Shown piece by piece: positions 1 through 12,000 of a DNA stretch of 64,000 nucleotides. Made by a program: the position numbers and the translations under genes. A model generated the notes under the pieces. It did not search any database and was not told the DNA's origin. It saw nothing but the letters and a program-made list of their open reading frames with translations. The DNA lies in the NCBI RefSeq assembly GCF_001194135.2, contig NC_068983.1, positions 154,970,693-155,034,692 of the forward strand, given 5' to 3'. Source of the stretch: Octopus bimaculoides. Lineage: Eukaryota. Position 1 is the stretch's first letter. Each line of letters begins with the position of its first letter.

Positions 1-183
1 AGGATAATAAAAGTGTGTTTATTGATTGACATGAGCATACCCTGTGACCATAATATCTTGGCAAAAGAATTTGATAAGCTCAGGAAATATAAAGATGTGC
101 TAATCGAAATCGAAAAGATGTGGCATCTCAAGACAGTTACAATATCAGTGATCGTAGGAGCACTTGGAGTGATAAAAGAAAAT
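1..183 (+). mobile_element. R4/Dong-clade non-LTR retrotransposon fragment, restriction-like endonuclease (RLE) domain
   Basis: Translation LIDMSIPCDHNILAKEFDKLRKYKDVLIEIEKMWHLKTVTISVIVGALGVIK fits the RLE C-terminal pattern ID..VP.D..I..KE..K..KY..L..EI..LW......PVVIGALG of R4/Dong elements; truncated by the window edge and a gap. Confidence 0.72.
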
Positions 184-275
184 GGGTGGGGGGGGGNNNN
201 NNNNNNNNNNNNNNNNNNNNNNNNTGACAGATACAAAGACGCACACACATAAATATATATATATTATACATAATA

Positions 276-410
276 TGCTTCTTTCAGTTTCCATCTACCA
301 TATCCACTCACAAGGCTTTGGTCAAGGTCCCACTTGCCCAAGGTGCCACGCAGTGGGACTGAACCCAGTACGATGTGGTTGGGAAGCAAGCTTCTTACCG
401 CACAGCCATG
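276..410 (-). mobile_element. tRNA-derived SINE family A (CORE-like, OR-type), 5' half
   Basis: Reverse complement gives TGGCTGTGCGGTAAGAAGCTTGCTTCCCAACCAC...GGGTTCAGTCCCACTGCGTGGCACCTTGGGCAAGT (A/B boxes plus a CORE-like segment), shared with many copies in the window. Confidence 0.8.
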
Positions 411-1341
411 TTTCTAGTCAAATACATTGGTATCGATGCAATTGACTTCCTGCCTTGTACCAAAATTTGAAGAAATCATCATTATACCCTTTTTCCCCAA
501 ATTGGTGGCCTTATGTCTAAATTAATAAGGGCAGTGGAGTTGCTGAATAAATAGAGTACGAGTATGCTTTTTTCTGTTTGTGAGTCAATAGAATAATGCT
601 AATTAAGTATTGAGCAAATGATTTTATGAAATTAACCATTCTCTTCAACCTATGTGCCCATGTGCTTTTTATATTACAAAAACATTTTGGTTTAAAATAT
701 AACTTAATTTGACTTGAACATGCGCACTTTTTTCTCAGTGTCTCTCTCTTTAAATATGCACACAGATGTCTTTGTGTGAGTGTGTGTATATTTAAAGCAA
801 TAAACCTTTTGGGATTTAGATTTGGCACAGAAGTTCAGTGTTAATAATGATTTCCTGCTAAGGAAATGAGGTCAAATTTTTTGGTTTTAAAATTTTATTT
901 TACTTTTTACAAAGTTAATCCAACAAACTTTAATGCATCAGTAGGATTACAAGGGGTGGGGAAGGGACTTAAAGCAACAACAACAACAATAATGATGATG
1001 ATACAAAGAGATACTGAATGCAGAGGTACAGTAATCAGAGTTTTGTTTTTACTGGATATTAAAAGGGATACTAAAATAATGATGATTATGGTATGTATGG
1101 ATTGATATTAATTTGTAGACCTATTCAACCCATGCTAACAACATTGACACAAAACACACATCAATGAATGTAGAAATGCTGTAAGTTCAGCTCTTCAGAC
1201 CCTCCTCTATAATTTTAGTTCTAGTTCATAATGTGTTAACAAGGAATATGAATACCAAAATTTCAGCTTTCCTTTAAATAAATAGAAAATTACCAGTTAC
1301 ACGCCAGGTAACATTTCTTTGAAAATTTGATCCTTATTTTT

Positions 1342-1812
1342 ATGTGACAGTCCCATGAAGGGAATAATACTTCTGCTATTTAGCCCTAGGAAGCAGCACC
1401 GATTCCTGTCGGCCTTGACACATTTCCTGTGTCCTTACGTTTAGAAGGGGGAGACAAGCACCTCCACTTAGCTAAGCCTGCATCCAGTGACATATTTCTG
1501 AGTCTTTGCTCGTCATCAGTCTGGAGTAGCAATAACCTGCTAGTTGGAGATGCCTGTCAAGCTCTCGCAAACATATAATAATTCTAGTGAAACACATTCA
1601 CTGATTTCAAAAATAGAAATAATACATTTCTAAATTTCCCAGAGAGATTTATGCAGAAACATGTCTCTGGATGCAGGCTTAGTTAAGTGGAGGTGCTTGT
1701 CTTCCCCTTGTAGACATAAGGGCACAAGAAATGTGTCAAGGCCGACAGGAAGCGGTGCTGCTTCCTAGGGCTAAATAGCAGTAGTATTATTCCCTTCATG
1801 GGACTGTCACAT
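1342..1812. repeat. Foldback inverted repeat, 159-bp arms (1342-1500 and 1654-1812), Penelope-like terminal duplication
   Basis: ATGTGACAGTCCCATGAAGGGAATAATAC...CCAGTGACATATTTCTG is the near-exact reverse complement of CAGAAACATGTCTCTGG...GGACTGTCACAT. Confidence 0.9.
1483..1525 (-). ncRNA. Minimal type I hammerhead ribozyme motif (slightly decayed)
   Basis: Minus strand reads TCCAGA CTGATGA CGAG-caaaga-CTCA GAAA TAT GTC ACTGGA; the other repeat arm preserves GAAACATGTC-TCTGGA, which is perfectly complementary to the stem I strand TCCAGA. Confidence 0.7.
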
Positions 1813-1857
1813 TAAGTTGACAGTATACAACTACTTTCACACATCACTACTGTATAA

Positions 1858-1905
1858 ATCTTCTTCTTCCTCTTCTTCTTCTTCTTACTACTGCTGCTGC
1901 TGCTG

Positions 1906-1936
<31 letters not shown>

Positions 1937-1940
1937 CACT
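1858..1940. repeat. Compound trinucleotide microsatellite (TCT)n-(GCT)n-(ACT)n
   Basis: Read directly from the sequence. Confidence 0.9.
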
Positions 1941-2080
1941 AAGGTGGCTAGCTGGCAGAATCGTTAGCCCACTAGGTGAAATGCTTAGCAGTATTTAGCC
2001 TGTTGCTGCGTTCTGAGTTCAAATTCCACCAAGGTTGACTTTGCCTTTCGTCCTTTCGGGGGTTGATTAATGTATTATCT
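1941..2080 (+). mobile_element. tRNA-derived SINE family C, 5' part
   Basis: GGTGGCTAGCTGGCAGAATCGTTAGC...GAGTTCAAATTCCACCAAGGTTGACTTTGCCTTTC; homologous copies at 18.3, 32.0, 32.2, 40.5 and 41.0 kb. Confidence 0.8.
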
Positions 2081-2521
2081 CTTTTGATCCTTATTATATC
2101 TTTAAATCCCACTAACAATATAAATATAAAATGTGGAACATAACAAGGCAGTCTGAAATTCAATATATTCACTCGTATTTCATCATCGTTTGTGCACTTG
2201 CCATGATTACCAGTTCACTCATTAGTATCACCTGTATTTACCTATTCTTAATTAAAAAAAAAAAAAGGAAGTACCAGTGTTGCAGAATACTTATTAAAGG
2301 TGTAATAAATATTTACAGAGGTTTGCTGAAACAAATAGAATGGCAGATCTTAAGAGTTTTTAGTATTATATTCCCAAACTAAGTAACTTACCTCTGTAGC
2401 TGTTAAAATGGCAGCAAAGTAATGGTTGGGAACTGATTAAGATCATTCTGTGAGAGAGAGAGAGAGAGAGAGCTCTGCAAGCAACTCTTGGCACTTGTAG
2501 CCACATGTTCTGATATATATA

Positions 2522-2753
2522 CAGGGTTGGCCAAAAGTCACCTGACAGTAAATCAAAATTCCATAAATACTTAATATTCAATTTTATTTATTCATTTTGT
2601 AAAATGGTGTCGCTCAAGAAGGACTTCAGTTTGAACAATTTTCGGGTTTCATATTTAGATGCTTTTATTAAATTCATTCAATTGTTAAACATAAATAAAT
2701 CTTGGAATTAAATGGTTTTTGATTTATTATCAGGTGAATTTTGGCCAACCCTG
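2522..2753. mobile_element. Tc1/mariner-type MITE
   Basis: 24-bp TIRs CAGGGTTGGCCAAAAGTCACCTGA / TCAGGTGAATTTTGGCCAACCCTG (23/24 match), flanked by TA on both sides, no ORF. Confidence 0.88.
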
Positions 2754-2774
2754 TATGTGTGTGTATGTATAAAA

Positions 2775-3050
2775 GGTATGTGTCTTAGTGGTTAGGGTAA
2801 TCAGCTCATGATTGTAAGGTTGTGAATTCGATTCTCAGCAGCATGTTGAGCAAGATACTTTATTTTACGTTGCTCCAAAAGTGAATCATTCCTCTCTTGT
2901 CACATTTTCTGTCATGCTGAATCTCCCTGAGAATTTATGTTAAAGGTACATGTGTTTGGAGTGCTCAGCAACTTGCACATTACTTTCACAAGCAGGCTGT
3001 TACATCGATCTTATCAACTGGAACCCTCATCGTATTAGGCAACAGAGTGC
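2775..3050 (+). mobile_element. Old chimeric SINE: family E-type head and CORE with family B-type 3' tail
   Basis: TTGAGCAAGATACTTTATTTTACGTTGCTCC matches the 42.0-kb family E copy; 2890-3050 matches the reverse complement of the family B tail at 3151-3320. Confidence 0.6.
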
Positions 3051-3145
3051 TAGTTATATATGTGTGTGTGTGTGTGTGTGTAAGTGTATTTTTATGTGTG
3101 TGTGTGTATTTATATGTGTTAGTTTGAACACTGATATACTCATAT

Positions 3146-3529
3146 GCTGTTGTTGGCACTCCGTCGCTTACGACGTCGAGGGTTCCAGTTGATCCGATCA
3201 ATGGAACAGCCTGCTCGTGAAATTAACGTGCAAGTGGCTGAGCACTCCACAGACACATGTACCCTTAATGTAGTTCTCGGGGATATTCAGCGTGACACAG
3301 TGTGACAAGGCTGACCCTTCGAATTACAGGCACAACAGAAACAGGAGTGAGAGTGAGAGAAAGTTGTGGTGAAAGAGTACAGCAGGGTTCGCCACCACCC
3401 CCTGCCGGAGCCTCTTGGAGCTTTTAGGTGTTTTCGCTCAATAACACTCACAACGCTCGGTCTGGGAATCGAAACCGTGATCTTATGACTGCGAGTCCGC
3501 TGCCCTAAGCACTGGGCCATTGTGCCTCC
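3146..3529 (-). mobile_element. Full-length tRNA-derived SINE family B with TSD
   Basis: Head GGAGGCACAATGGCCCAGTGCTTAGGG...GGTTTCGATTCCC; direct repeat TATACTCATAT at 3135-3145 and 3532-3542; close homolog at 55793-56180. Confidence 0.88.
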
Positions 3530-4087
3530 ACTATACTCATATACTCAGACATATATAACACTTATATAGACTCAGAAATGTATATACATGTCAGCATGCA
3601 CGTGTGATATAATTCTATGTACATAAATGACTATTCTATCACATATCTTTCCTCTCTCTCATCTTCCACATCTCCTTGATCACTAATTACTGAAACCTTT
3701 CCTTTCACATATTTTAGGAAATCAACACTAGTCTTCTACTTGTTTTTTTTCTCTCTCTCTCTGAACTATTAAATTTCTCATTCTTTTAGTGGCTTGCTCC
3801 CTCCACTTCCCAGAGACCCTTGACCAACTTTTTTTTTTTTTCTTAATACACACCATTGTCTAATGTTCTCCTTTGGCTCCTTCCACACCTGTAATGTATG
3901 TATATCAATACTAATACTACACCTGATATACCTGTCATGCCTTATCAATAGTCAAATATTTTGAGACAAAGACTACTTGTATGACTTTCTCATCCTTTCT
4001 CCAACTCTACCACCAATCTTTCCTGCTTTGTTTCAGTCAACTCTGACTCCTTTGACAATGGTTATTTATGAAATATTTCATTTCTAT

Positions 4088-5457
4088 GAATCTTGAGTGG
4101 AACAAAAAAAAAAAGTGTTCTTGTTCAGCCTGGTTCAGTCTAGATTGAACAGATCTGATATAAAAGAATTCCCTCCAAGACATCTTATAATTTTACAATT
4201 CTGCCTGGGATGTTATTAACCAATGTGTAATATTCTTTTTCTTAAGCAAGTAGGATGTGTTTTGAGAGAAGTTTGGCTATTATTTCTAGCAGTTCAAGTG
4301 AACCACATAAAAGCTCTTTTGATTTCATATTTAGATGTCTTCTGCTTTATTTTCTCCCCCCGCCGTCTCCTTTTTACTTTTCCTCCTTCCTTTCTTGTTC
4401 TGAGTTCAAATTCCACCAAGGTCAATTTTGTCTTTCATCCTTCCAGAAATTGCTAAAATAAAGTATCAATCTGCTTATGTAAGAAATTATTATCATTATC
4501 ATCATCATCATCATCATCATCATCTTCAGTGCTTATTGTTACATTGATTACAGCAGTGAGTCAGTCAGTTATTGTGTATAAACCTGACTAAGGTTAGAAA
4601 TTTGAACTGCAGGATATCCTATTGTTCAGAAGGATTGAAAGAAAGCCCTATGACTAAGCATTACCTATGCTAAGCTCTTCCCTATGCCTTTTCTTTATTC
4701 TTACAGTTGGCAGTGAAATAAACTCCTCCCCCACTTCCTTGCTGCACCTTTGCCCCCACACCACAAGTTACTAGTGGTTAGTCTATTTACCACACCTTGA
4801 TAAAAGTTGTTGCTTTGCTCAGAATCACTCATGATCAAGCTTTGATCGTTATCCCCACTTTATCTTTAATCTTTATCCTCACACGCTTTCATCAAAAAGA
4901 CCATGTAATTTTAAAATAAATTCTAGTGGCTCTTATTTCAGGCATAGTGTATCCCAAACTATATTGTCCAGTGTGTCCCTTTAATAGAACGTGGTTTGAG
5001 AGTGATTTTGCTATTTGCAGTAGGCCGAGTGATCACATTAGCTCCCTAAGAAAAGAAGAGCATGTTGTTTAGCCACAACCATCCTAATTCCTTGAATCTT
5101 CAGTGGAACAAAAAAAGTGTTCTTGTGGAGCTTGGTTCAGTCTAGATTGAACAGATCTGATATAAAAGCATTCCCTCCAAGACATCTTATCATTTTACAA
5201 TTCTATCTGGAATGTTATTAACCAATGTGTAATATTCTTTTTCTTAAGCAAGTAAGATGTGTTTTGAGAGAAGTTTGGCTATTATTTCTAGCAGTTCAAG
5301 TAAACCACATAAAAGCTCTTTTGATTTGTCCAGTGTGTCCCTTTAGTAGGACATGGTTTGAGAGCGATTTTGCTATTTGCTGTAGGCTGTGTGATCACAT
5401 TCACTCCCTAAGAAAAGAAGAGCATGTTGTTTTAGCCACAACCATCCTAATTCCTTG
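4088..5457. repeat. Local segmental duplication in A..B-A'-B' order
   Basis: A (about 4088-4326) repeats at about 5094-5327; B (about 4965-5093) repeats at about 5328-5457; the copies are similar but not identical. Confidence 0.8.
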
Positions 5458-5499
5458 TCTCTGACTACTGCATCTTGGACTTCATTAATCCTTCATTAA

Positions 5500-5946
5500 T
5501 CCTTTAGCATTCAGATTACTCTGTCAAATGTAATGCTTATTTATTCATATTGCTTTGAATTGGTCTTGCATTATCTCTCACAGCTTTTTAAGAATAACAT
5601 CCTAGGGTAGATGTGAGAGGCTGGATCTGACCAGTAGGTGTAAAGAGGTATTCCAGAACCTCTTGGAAAATAACCATAGCGAGGGACATTCCACAGTTGA
5701 ATTAGAACAGTCACAAACAGTGAAAGAAGACATGCACCCAACACCAGAGCTGGAGACACCTCCGAAAGGGGGTGGCCCCGCCACGTCAAAACGGTAGAGG
5801 AGTAGGGGCCGAAACCGGACATGGTTCCTCCTGATGATGTCTTGAGCTAACTGGATCCTATAAAGGAGCTGTTGTGGTAGCAGACCACGAAACATGGTTG
5901 AAATTCCTCCTTTGTGCTGGAAACGGTTGGTTTAAATGCTAATGGG
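5500..5946 (+). mobile_element. piggyBac-like MITE (family 1) interrupted by a LINE fragment
   Basis: TTAA-TCCTTTAGCATT ... AATGCTAATGGG-TTAA; internal sequence is shared with the 20268-20555 and 41785-42347 copies. Confidence 0.75.
5641..5927 (+). mobile_element. RTE-clade LINE 3' end remnant
   Basis: GC-richer insert whose frameshifted translations RGWPRHV, RSRGRNRTW and ADHETWLKFLLCA resemble the RTE C-terminal motifs W.GHV.RM, RGRP...W and A.DR..WR.LV..LC. Confidence 0.5.
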
Positions 5947-6176
5947 TTAAGGCTTCCACACTTAGCTTGTGTAGTTGTTAATGGTGTTGGTGGTCAACTG
6001 GTGGTGATAGTTGTTTCTATAATACTGGTTGTATAGTTAATGTGTTTGTAAGTTCAGTTCCAGGTCAGTCCTAACCGAATAGACCTATGATAAAAGATGT
6101 GGCTTTCAGTCATTTTGGATTTATTGCGTACAAGAGATTAAATGAAAAACAAAAATGGAATGTTGAACAAAGAAAT

Positions 6177-6590
6177 GGTGCAGGTGTGGCTTTGTGGTAA
6201 GAAATTTTTTTCCCAACCATGTGGATTCCAGGTTCAGTCCCACTGCGTGGCACCTTAGGCAAATGTCTTCTACTATAGCTTCATGCTGACCAAAGCCTTG
6301 TAAGTAGATTTGGTTGGCAGTAATTGAAAGAAGCCTGCCATATAAATGTGTGTGTGTGTGTGTGTGTGTGTCTGTCTGTCTCACACCACTGCTTGACAAC
6401 CGGTGTTGGTGTGTTTATGTCCTTGTAACTTAGCAGTTTAGCAAGACAGACCGGTAGAATAAGTGCCTTGATTTAAGAACCGCCCCCCCCCCCAAAAAAA
6501 AAAGTACTGGGGTTGACTTATTGGACTAAAATTCTTCAACGTAGTGCCCCAGCTTGGCTGCATTCTAATGACTGAAACAAGTTAAAAAAG
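6177..6590 (+). mobile_element. SINE family A, full length with internal (TG)n
   Basis: Head GCAGGTGTGGCTTTGTGGTAAG, box GGTTCAGTCCC, tail AATGACTGAAACAAG. Confidence 0.82.
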
Positions 6591-7171
6591 AAGAAAAGCT
6601 CTGTTGTAATCTTAAAATTTAGAAATAAAAAAGGAGAAGAAAGAAAACTAATGCCGACCTTCCTTTATTAATCACATTTGTATATGACATAAAATATGAC
6701 TGACATGTTTTTCAAGACATTCAAACTTCTTAAAGCCTTAAGTTATATATTTTTAAAATTTGTAGTGCACCCACATGCACTTNNNNNNNNNNNNNNNNNN
6801 NNNNNNNNNNNNNNNNNNNNNNNNNNNNNNNNNNNNNNNNNNNNNNNNNNNNNNNNNNNNNNNNNNNNNNNNNNNNNNNNNNNNNNNNNNNNNNNNNNNN
6901 NNNNNNNNNNNNNNNNNNNNNNNNNNNNNNNNNNNNNNNNNNNNNNNNNNNNNNNNNNNNNNNNNNNNNNNNNNNNNNNNNNNNNNNNNNNNNNNNNNNN
7001 NNNNNNNNNNCAGGGGAAGAAAACGGAGAAAGATATAATAAATAAATAGATAAGTAGAACTCCCAAAGGGGGAGGCGCTTCGAAAAAGGAAAGGTTACAC
7101 GTGGAAAAACCCATAAAACCACGGGAGCCTGGTCAGAAAAAATAAGAAAGGGGTATAGAGCCCTTTCTCCT

Positions 7172-7297
7172 AACCACAGCACATATCCAAGGCACACAGA
7201 ACTGCGCTCGGTAGTGAAGTGAAAGCACGTTATAAAAATAAAACTACTGAATAATAATAATGATAATAATAATAATGATAATAATAATAATAATAAT
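7172..7297 (+). mobile_element. Probable R4/Dong 3' terminus running into (AAT)n
   Basis: AACCACAGCACATATCCAAGGCACACAGAACTGCGCTCGGTAGTGAAGTGAAAGCACGTTATAAAAATAAAACTACTG followed by (AAT)n; I recall this as an octopus Dong 3' UTR, and Dong elements are known to target TAA repeats; not verified by search. Confidence 0.4.
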
Positions 7298-7470
7298 AGC
7301 GGGCATGGCTGTGTGGTTAGGAAGCTTGCTTCCCAGCTACATGGTTTCGGGTTCAGTCCCACCACATGGCATCTTGGGCAAGTGTCTTCTGCTATAGCCC
7401 CGGGTCGACCGAAGCTTTGTGATTGAATTTGGTAGGCGGAAGTTACTGCCGCTTGTGTATATGTCTGTGT
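7298..7470 (+). mobile_element. SINE family A, 5' half
   Basis: GGGCATGGCTGTGTGGTTAGGAAGCTTGCTTCCC...GGGTTCAGTCCC...TTGGGCAAGTGTCTTC. Confidence 0.8.
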
Positions 7471-8140
7471 ATGTGCTTGTGCCTCTCCCAAAGAGAGAGA
7501 GGGAATAATAATAATAATAATAATAATAATAGATGAAATGGGGGGGGGGAACCCCCATTTGATAAGGTTATCTATGGTATTCAAAAAGTTGGGATGGTCA
7601 CAAGCTGAGCATTTTTATCATAGGATCTGCTCACTTATATCTGAGAGAGAGAGGGAGGTAAAAAAACCACAACAGCAACATAATTTTTTTTCTTTCTTTC
7701 TTTATTACATTGGCACTGGTAGTTTACATAATTGTTAATTGTCAGGGAAAGTAATAGGAGTGAAGGAGGGGGGGTTGGAGGGAATTGGAATGCCAGAGAG
7801 CAGTGGAACTGGCGGTGTTCATTCATGTTTCTCATCATCATTCATTCATTCATTCATTCATTCATTCATGACAGTAAAGTCCTTATAACATGTGATGTGA
7901 TGGCAACTTTGATAAGATTGAATGTAAACTCTGGGATTTCTTACTGAAGAATTTAAAACTGGGTCACACAGAGAACTTTCAATAATGCCACAGGCTTTCC
8001 ACTTTTTGTACACAATATAAAAATATGTCAATAAATAAATAAGATATAAAGCTAGAATAGATGAACAAGTAATGTGTGGTATGCATGTAATGAGGAGAAG
8101 GAATTCCATTCCACACCTTCCACTACTATTACCACCTCCC

Positions 8141-8177
<37 letters not shown>

Positions 8178-8293
8178 CACTACTACTGTCATTGTCATCC
8201 TCATCAAAACATCCAGCAGCTCCTTTTACACACAATGCAATTCCTACCACCTTCTCCTCTCTCTGCCTCTGTCTGTCTGTCTCTGTCTGTCTG

Positions 8294-8336
<43 letters not shown>

Positions 8337-8461
8337 TTTGTAAATTCTGAAAGGGGTCTTTGCCCTATGTACTCAGTTCTAACTATGGAATTGTTTTTTG
8401 ATCTTTCAAGGCTTAAACATTGATTCATTAAAAGATACCTTTTTTTATTTTTTTTATGTTT

Positions 8462-8742
8462 GTTTTTTTTTTTACTTATTACAGTCATAAGGTGGCAGTC
8501 ATGCTGGGGCACCACATTGAAGCATTTTAGCCAAAAGAATCAGCCCTAGTACTTATTCTGCCAGTTTCTTTTGCTGAACTGCTAAGTTACAGGGATGTAA
8601 ACACCCCCAACACTGGTTGTCAATCAGTGGTGGGGGACAAACAGACATAAAAATACACATGCACATAGAGGGACAGACACATGCGTACACACACACATAT
8701 ATATATACCTATGAGGGCTTCTTTCAGTTTCTGTCAACAAGG
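8462..8742 (-). mobile_element. SINE family A, 3' part (diverged)
   Basis: CATGCTGGGGCACC, AGTACTTATTC, GCTAAGTTAC and GGCTTCTTTCAGTTTC motifs in family order. Confidence 0.72.
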
Positions 8743-9640
8743 CTGATCTTATCAGAGGTATACATTTATAAGTTGTTGGTATTCTTTAGCCTCACGTTGA
8801 CCTCTGATCAGAGGCATTCTAACAATGACCAACCTGACTTTTTCCAGCATAGTGTAACTCGGAAAATACTATCCAGTGTTTTTTTCTCTTTTTGAAGTTA
8901 AAATATAATTTGAGAGAAAGACAGTTTCTATAAATAGATCATGGTTCAATAGACCATGTCCAGTCACTGTTTTGGTTTGTTAGATTTTTAATTAGGAAAT
9001 CAAGGTGCTGCTTCTATTTCCTTATAAGGTGGGAGGTCAAGGCTTGGCTCTGAATCGTTTAGGTATTTCAAGGATGTAATAAAATGTAGGATGAACAACT
9101 AGTTAGTGATGGCAACCACTTCAGAAAGGGGATTGGTCCAGCCCACACATAATGGTCAGTGAATAAGCCAAAAATGAATTCTCTATGTCACTGCCCTCCA
9201 CCACATACAAAAAATAGCAGACAAATATTTTTTTCAAAAATCATGTCTGTTTTAAAAACAGAAAGACATATTGAGTAATGTAATCTTAGATATACTTGTA
9301 TCTAACAAAAGTTAAGATGGTCGTGGATGGAGACTGCTCAGTCATGGTTAAGCTGGGGCTTAAAACAAAAATGGTACAATCGTATCTATGTTTCTATCTT
9401 TCGTTTGTATCAATCATTTAGATTGTGGCCATGCTGGGGCACGACCTTGAAGAATTTTTAGTTGTATGAATCAACCCCCAGTACTTAGTTTTGTTTTTGC
9501 TTTTTAAGCATGGTACTTAGCAGTTCAGCAAAAGCAACTAATAAACTAAGTTACAGGGGATGTAAATACACCAGCATCAGTTGTCAAGTGATGGTGGTGG
9601 TAGTGATGGGGAACACACAGACACGCAAAGATACACGTGT

Positions 9641-10075
9641 GTTGGACACAAAACTCAGCTTGCGAAGACCTGTTGGGGCAAGCGAAAGCGAAATCGTGAT
9701 GGCACCTGTGCCCAGCGTCGACATTCTGGCACTTGTGCTTGTGGCATGTGTAAGGACTTTCGAGCGAGATCACTGCCAGTGCCCCTGGACTGGCTCTTGT
9801 GCGGGTGGGACATAAAATACACCATTTTGAGTGTGGCCGTTGCCAGTACCGCCTGACTGGCCTTCGTGCCGGTGGCACGTAAAAGCACCCACTACACTCT
9901 TGGAGTGGTTGATGTTAGGAAGGGTATCCAGCTGTAGAAACTCTGCTAAATCAGATTGGAGCCTAGTGTAGACATCTGGTTTCACCAGTCCTCTCCTCAG
10001 TCAAATCGTCCAACTCATGCTGGCATGGAAAGCAGACGTTAAACGATGATGACGATGATGATGATGATGATGATA
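9641..10075 (+). mobile_element. Modular (GAT)n-tailed non-autonomous retroelement
   Basis: Head CTCAGCTTGCGAAGACCTGTTGGGGCAAGCGAAA, internal GTGGCACGTAAAAGCACC modules, 3' end CATGGAAAGCAGACGTTAAAC(GAT)n; other copies at 20.7, 46.5, 52.8, 59.1 and 63.8 kb. Confidence 0.8.
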
Positions 10076-10103
10076 TATATATATATATATATGTTTATAT
10101 ATA

Positions 10104-10243
10104 GTTCAAATGTACAGAAAACATAAACAGGTGAAAGAAAAACAAGCAGGTGTATTAGTTTGACACTCAGCAAGAATGGAAAAATCTTTGATGTTTTGAT
10201 CCTATGCTCTTTGAAAGAAAAGGATGAGAGGATTAACGGTTTA
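10104..10243 (-). mobile_element. Penelope-like or retrozyme-like relic with decayed hammerhead (about 10184-10222)
   Basis: Minus strand reads CTTTCAA AGAGC atag GATC AAAA CATC AAAGA, a decayed CTG..GA AGAGC..GCTC GAAA CGT; ends TTTGAAC followed by (TA)n. Confidence 0.5.
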
Positions 10244-11042
10244 ACATATATACACATGACAAGCTTCTTTCAGTTTCCATCTATCAAATCCACTCAGAAG
10301 GCTTTGGTCAGCCTGCAAGATGCCACGCAGTGGGACTGAACCCTGGAACCATGTGTTGGAAAGTAAACATCTTAGCACACAGTCACGCCTGCACCTATAA
10401 TGTAGATTAATGCTAGAGATATTGTTGAAAGTTGTAAGATCGGAATTGATTGGGTTTTTGAAGAAAGAAAATAGATAGTCAAATTAAAATGTGGATTTGA
10501 TACTTTACAGTGGAACCTACAGATGTTCTGAAAATATCAGTTTGTGTTTGCCGGAAATACTCTTCAGTCAGAAAGTCAGCTACAGCTTGGCTTGCATAAC
10601 ATAAATAGCAAAATGAATAGACACACAAATACTCAAATCAAACATTCTTTGCACAGTATCACAGCAAATAGAAAGACTGTATGAGACTTGGGTCTCTGTT
10701 TTTATAAGAAATGAGACGGTGCTTGTCTGAAATTTGAACTTGGTAATGAAGGGTAGTTAAATAACTGCAAGGCATTTTATATTGCATACTCTTCTGATTT
10801 CACAGCCTTAATTGTCACTGCCCAAACTGCAACAATTGCTGCTGCTACTACTACTATTACTACTACTACTACTATGCGTATACTATTTATGAGTGTTATA
10901 TGATGTTGCTTTTTGGTAGGGTTTGAACATGTGAAGCAAAGTTAAGGAGGTAAAAAAGAACAGAAAACAAAATAATAGAAAGGGTGGAGTGTACTAGCAA
11001 ATAACTAAGACATGGGGATAGGAGAAATATGTATGTATATGT

Positions 11043-11084
<42 letters not shown>

Positions 11085-11560
11085 ATATATATATATGTGT
11101 GTGCATATATATATATATATGTGTGTGTGTCTGTGTGTATTTTAGTTGCTCAAAAATTGTGGAAAACAATCTATCAAATTCATTGATGAGTATGAATTAC
11201 ATTTTTTAGTGTTTTATTTGTTTTTTTGTTTTTCTTAACCAGCCAATCAAATCTCATTGGTTAAATCATATTTTGATATGTTTAAGAATATTTTTGCTTA
11301 TATATTATCACTCTACTTGCTTTCTTTAATTATTGGAGTCTGTAATGTGACAATCAGGCTAATGATTCAAGAACCTTAGCTCTGTGTGTATGCTCAAATA
11401 TATGCTTGTATGTGTGTATAATAATATATACATATAATATATACATACAACAAACTTTTCAATCAACTCATTCATATCTATTGAATTTTACTTGCCAAGT
11501 ATTAGTATCTGTCTATCTAACTATATACACACACATATATGCATGTGTTTGTGTGTATGC

Positions 11561-11687
<127 letters not shown>

Positions 11688-11936
11688 AACACACACAGTG
11701 AAGGAAAACATTTGGCAGAAAGAAGAGAAATAGAACATGAGGAGTTTATTTTAATCAGTAGAAAGTTACAAAAGTGATTCAAGTACCAAGAGCTGCATGA
11801 ATGTAAATGTATGTGTGTATGCGTGTGCACGTGTGCATGTATGCATATATACGTGTGTGTGTGTGTGTGTGTCTGTGTGTATGTGTATATTCTAAGCTCT
11901 CTTTGCCCTCCCACTCAACCTCTTTCAGCTTCACTT

Positions 11937-12000
<64 letters not shown>

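Larger units (their letters stand above)
9385..10398 (-). mobile_element. SINE family A split by two nested insertions (3' half about 9385-9640, 5' half about 10245-10398)
   Basis: Both halves are on the same strand and in collinear order around the 9641-10243 inserts. Confidence 0.6.

Noticed and set aside
9655-9695. Head hairpin GCTTGC..GCAAGC-GAAA as a ribozyme
   Set aside because: Lacks CUGANGA and does not fit the HDV or twister topologies I can recognise; kept only as a structural note
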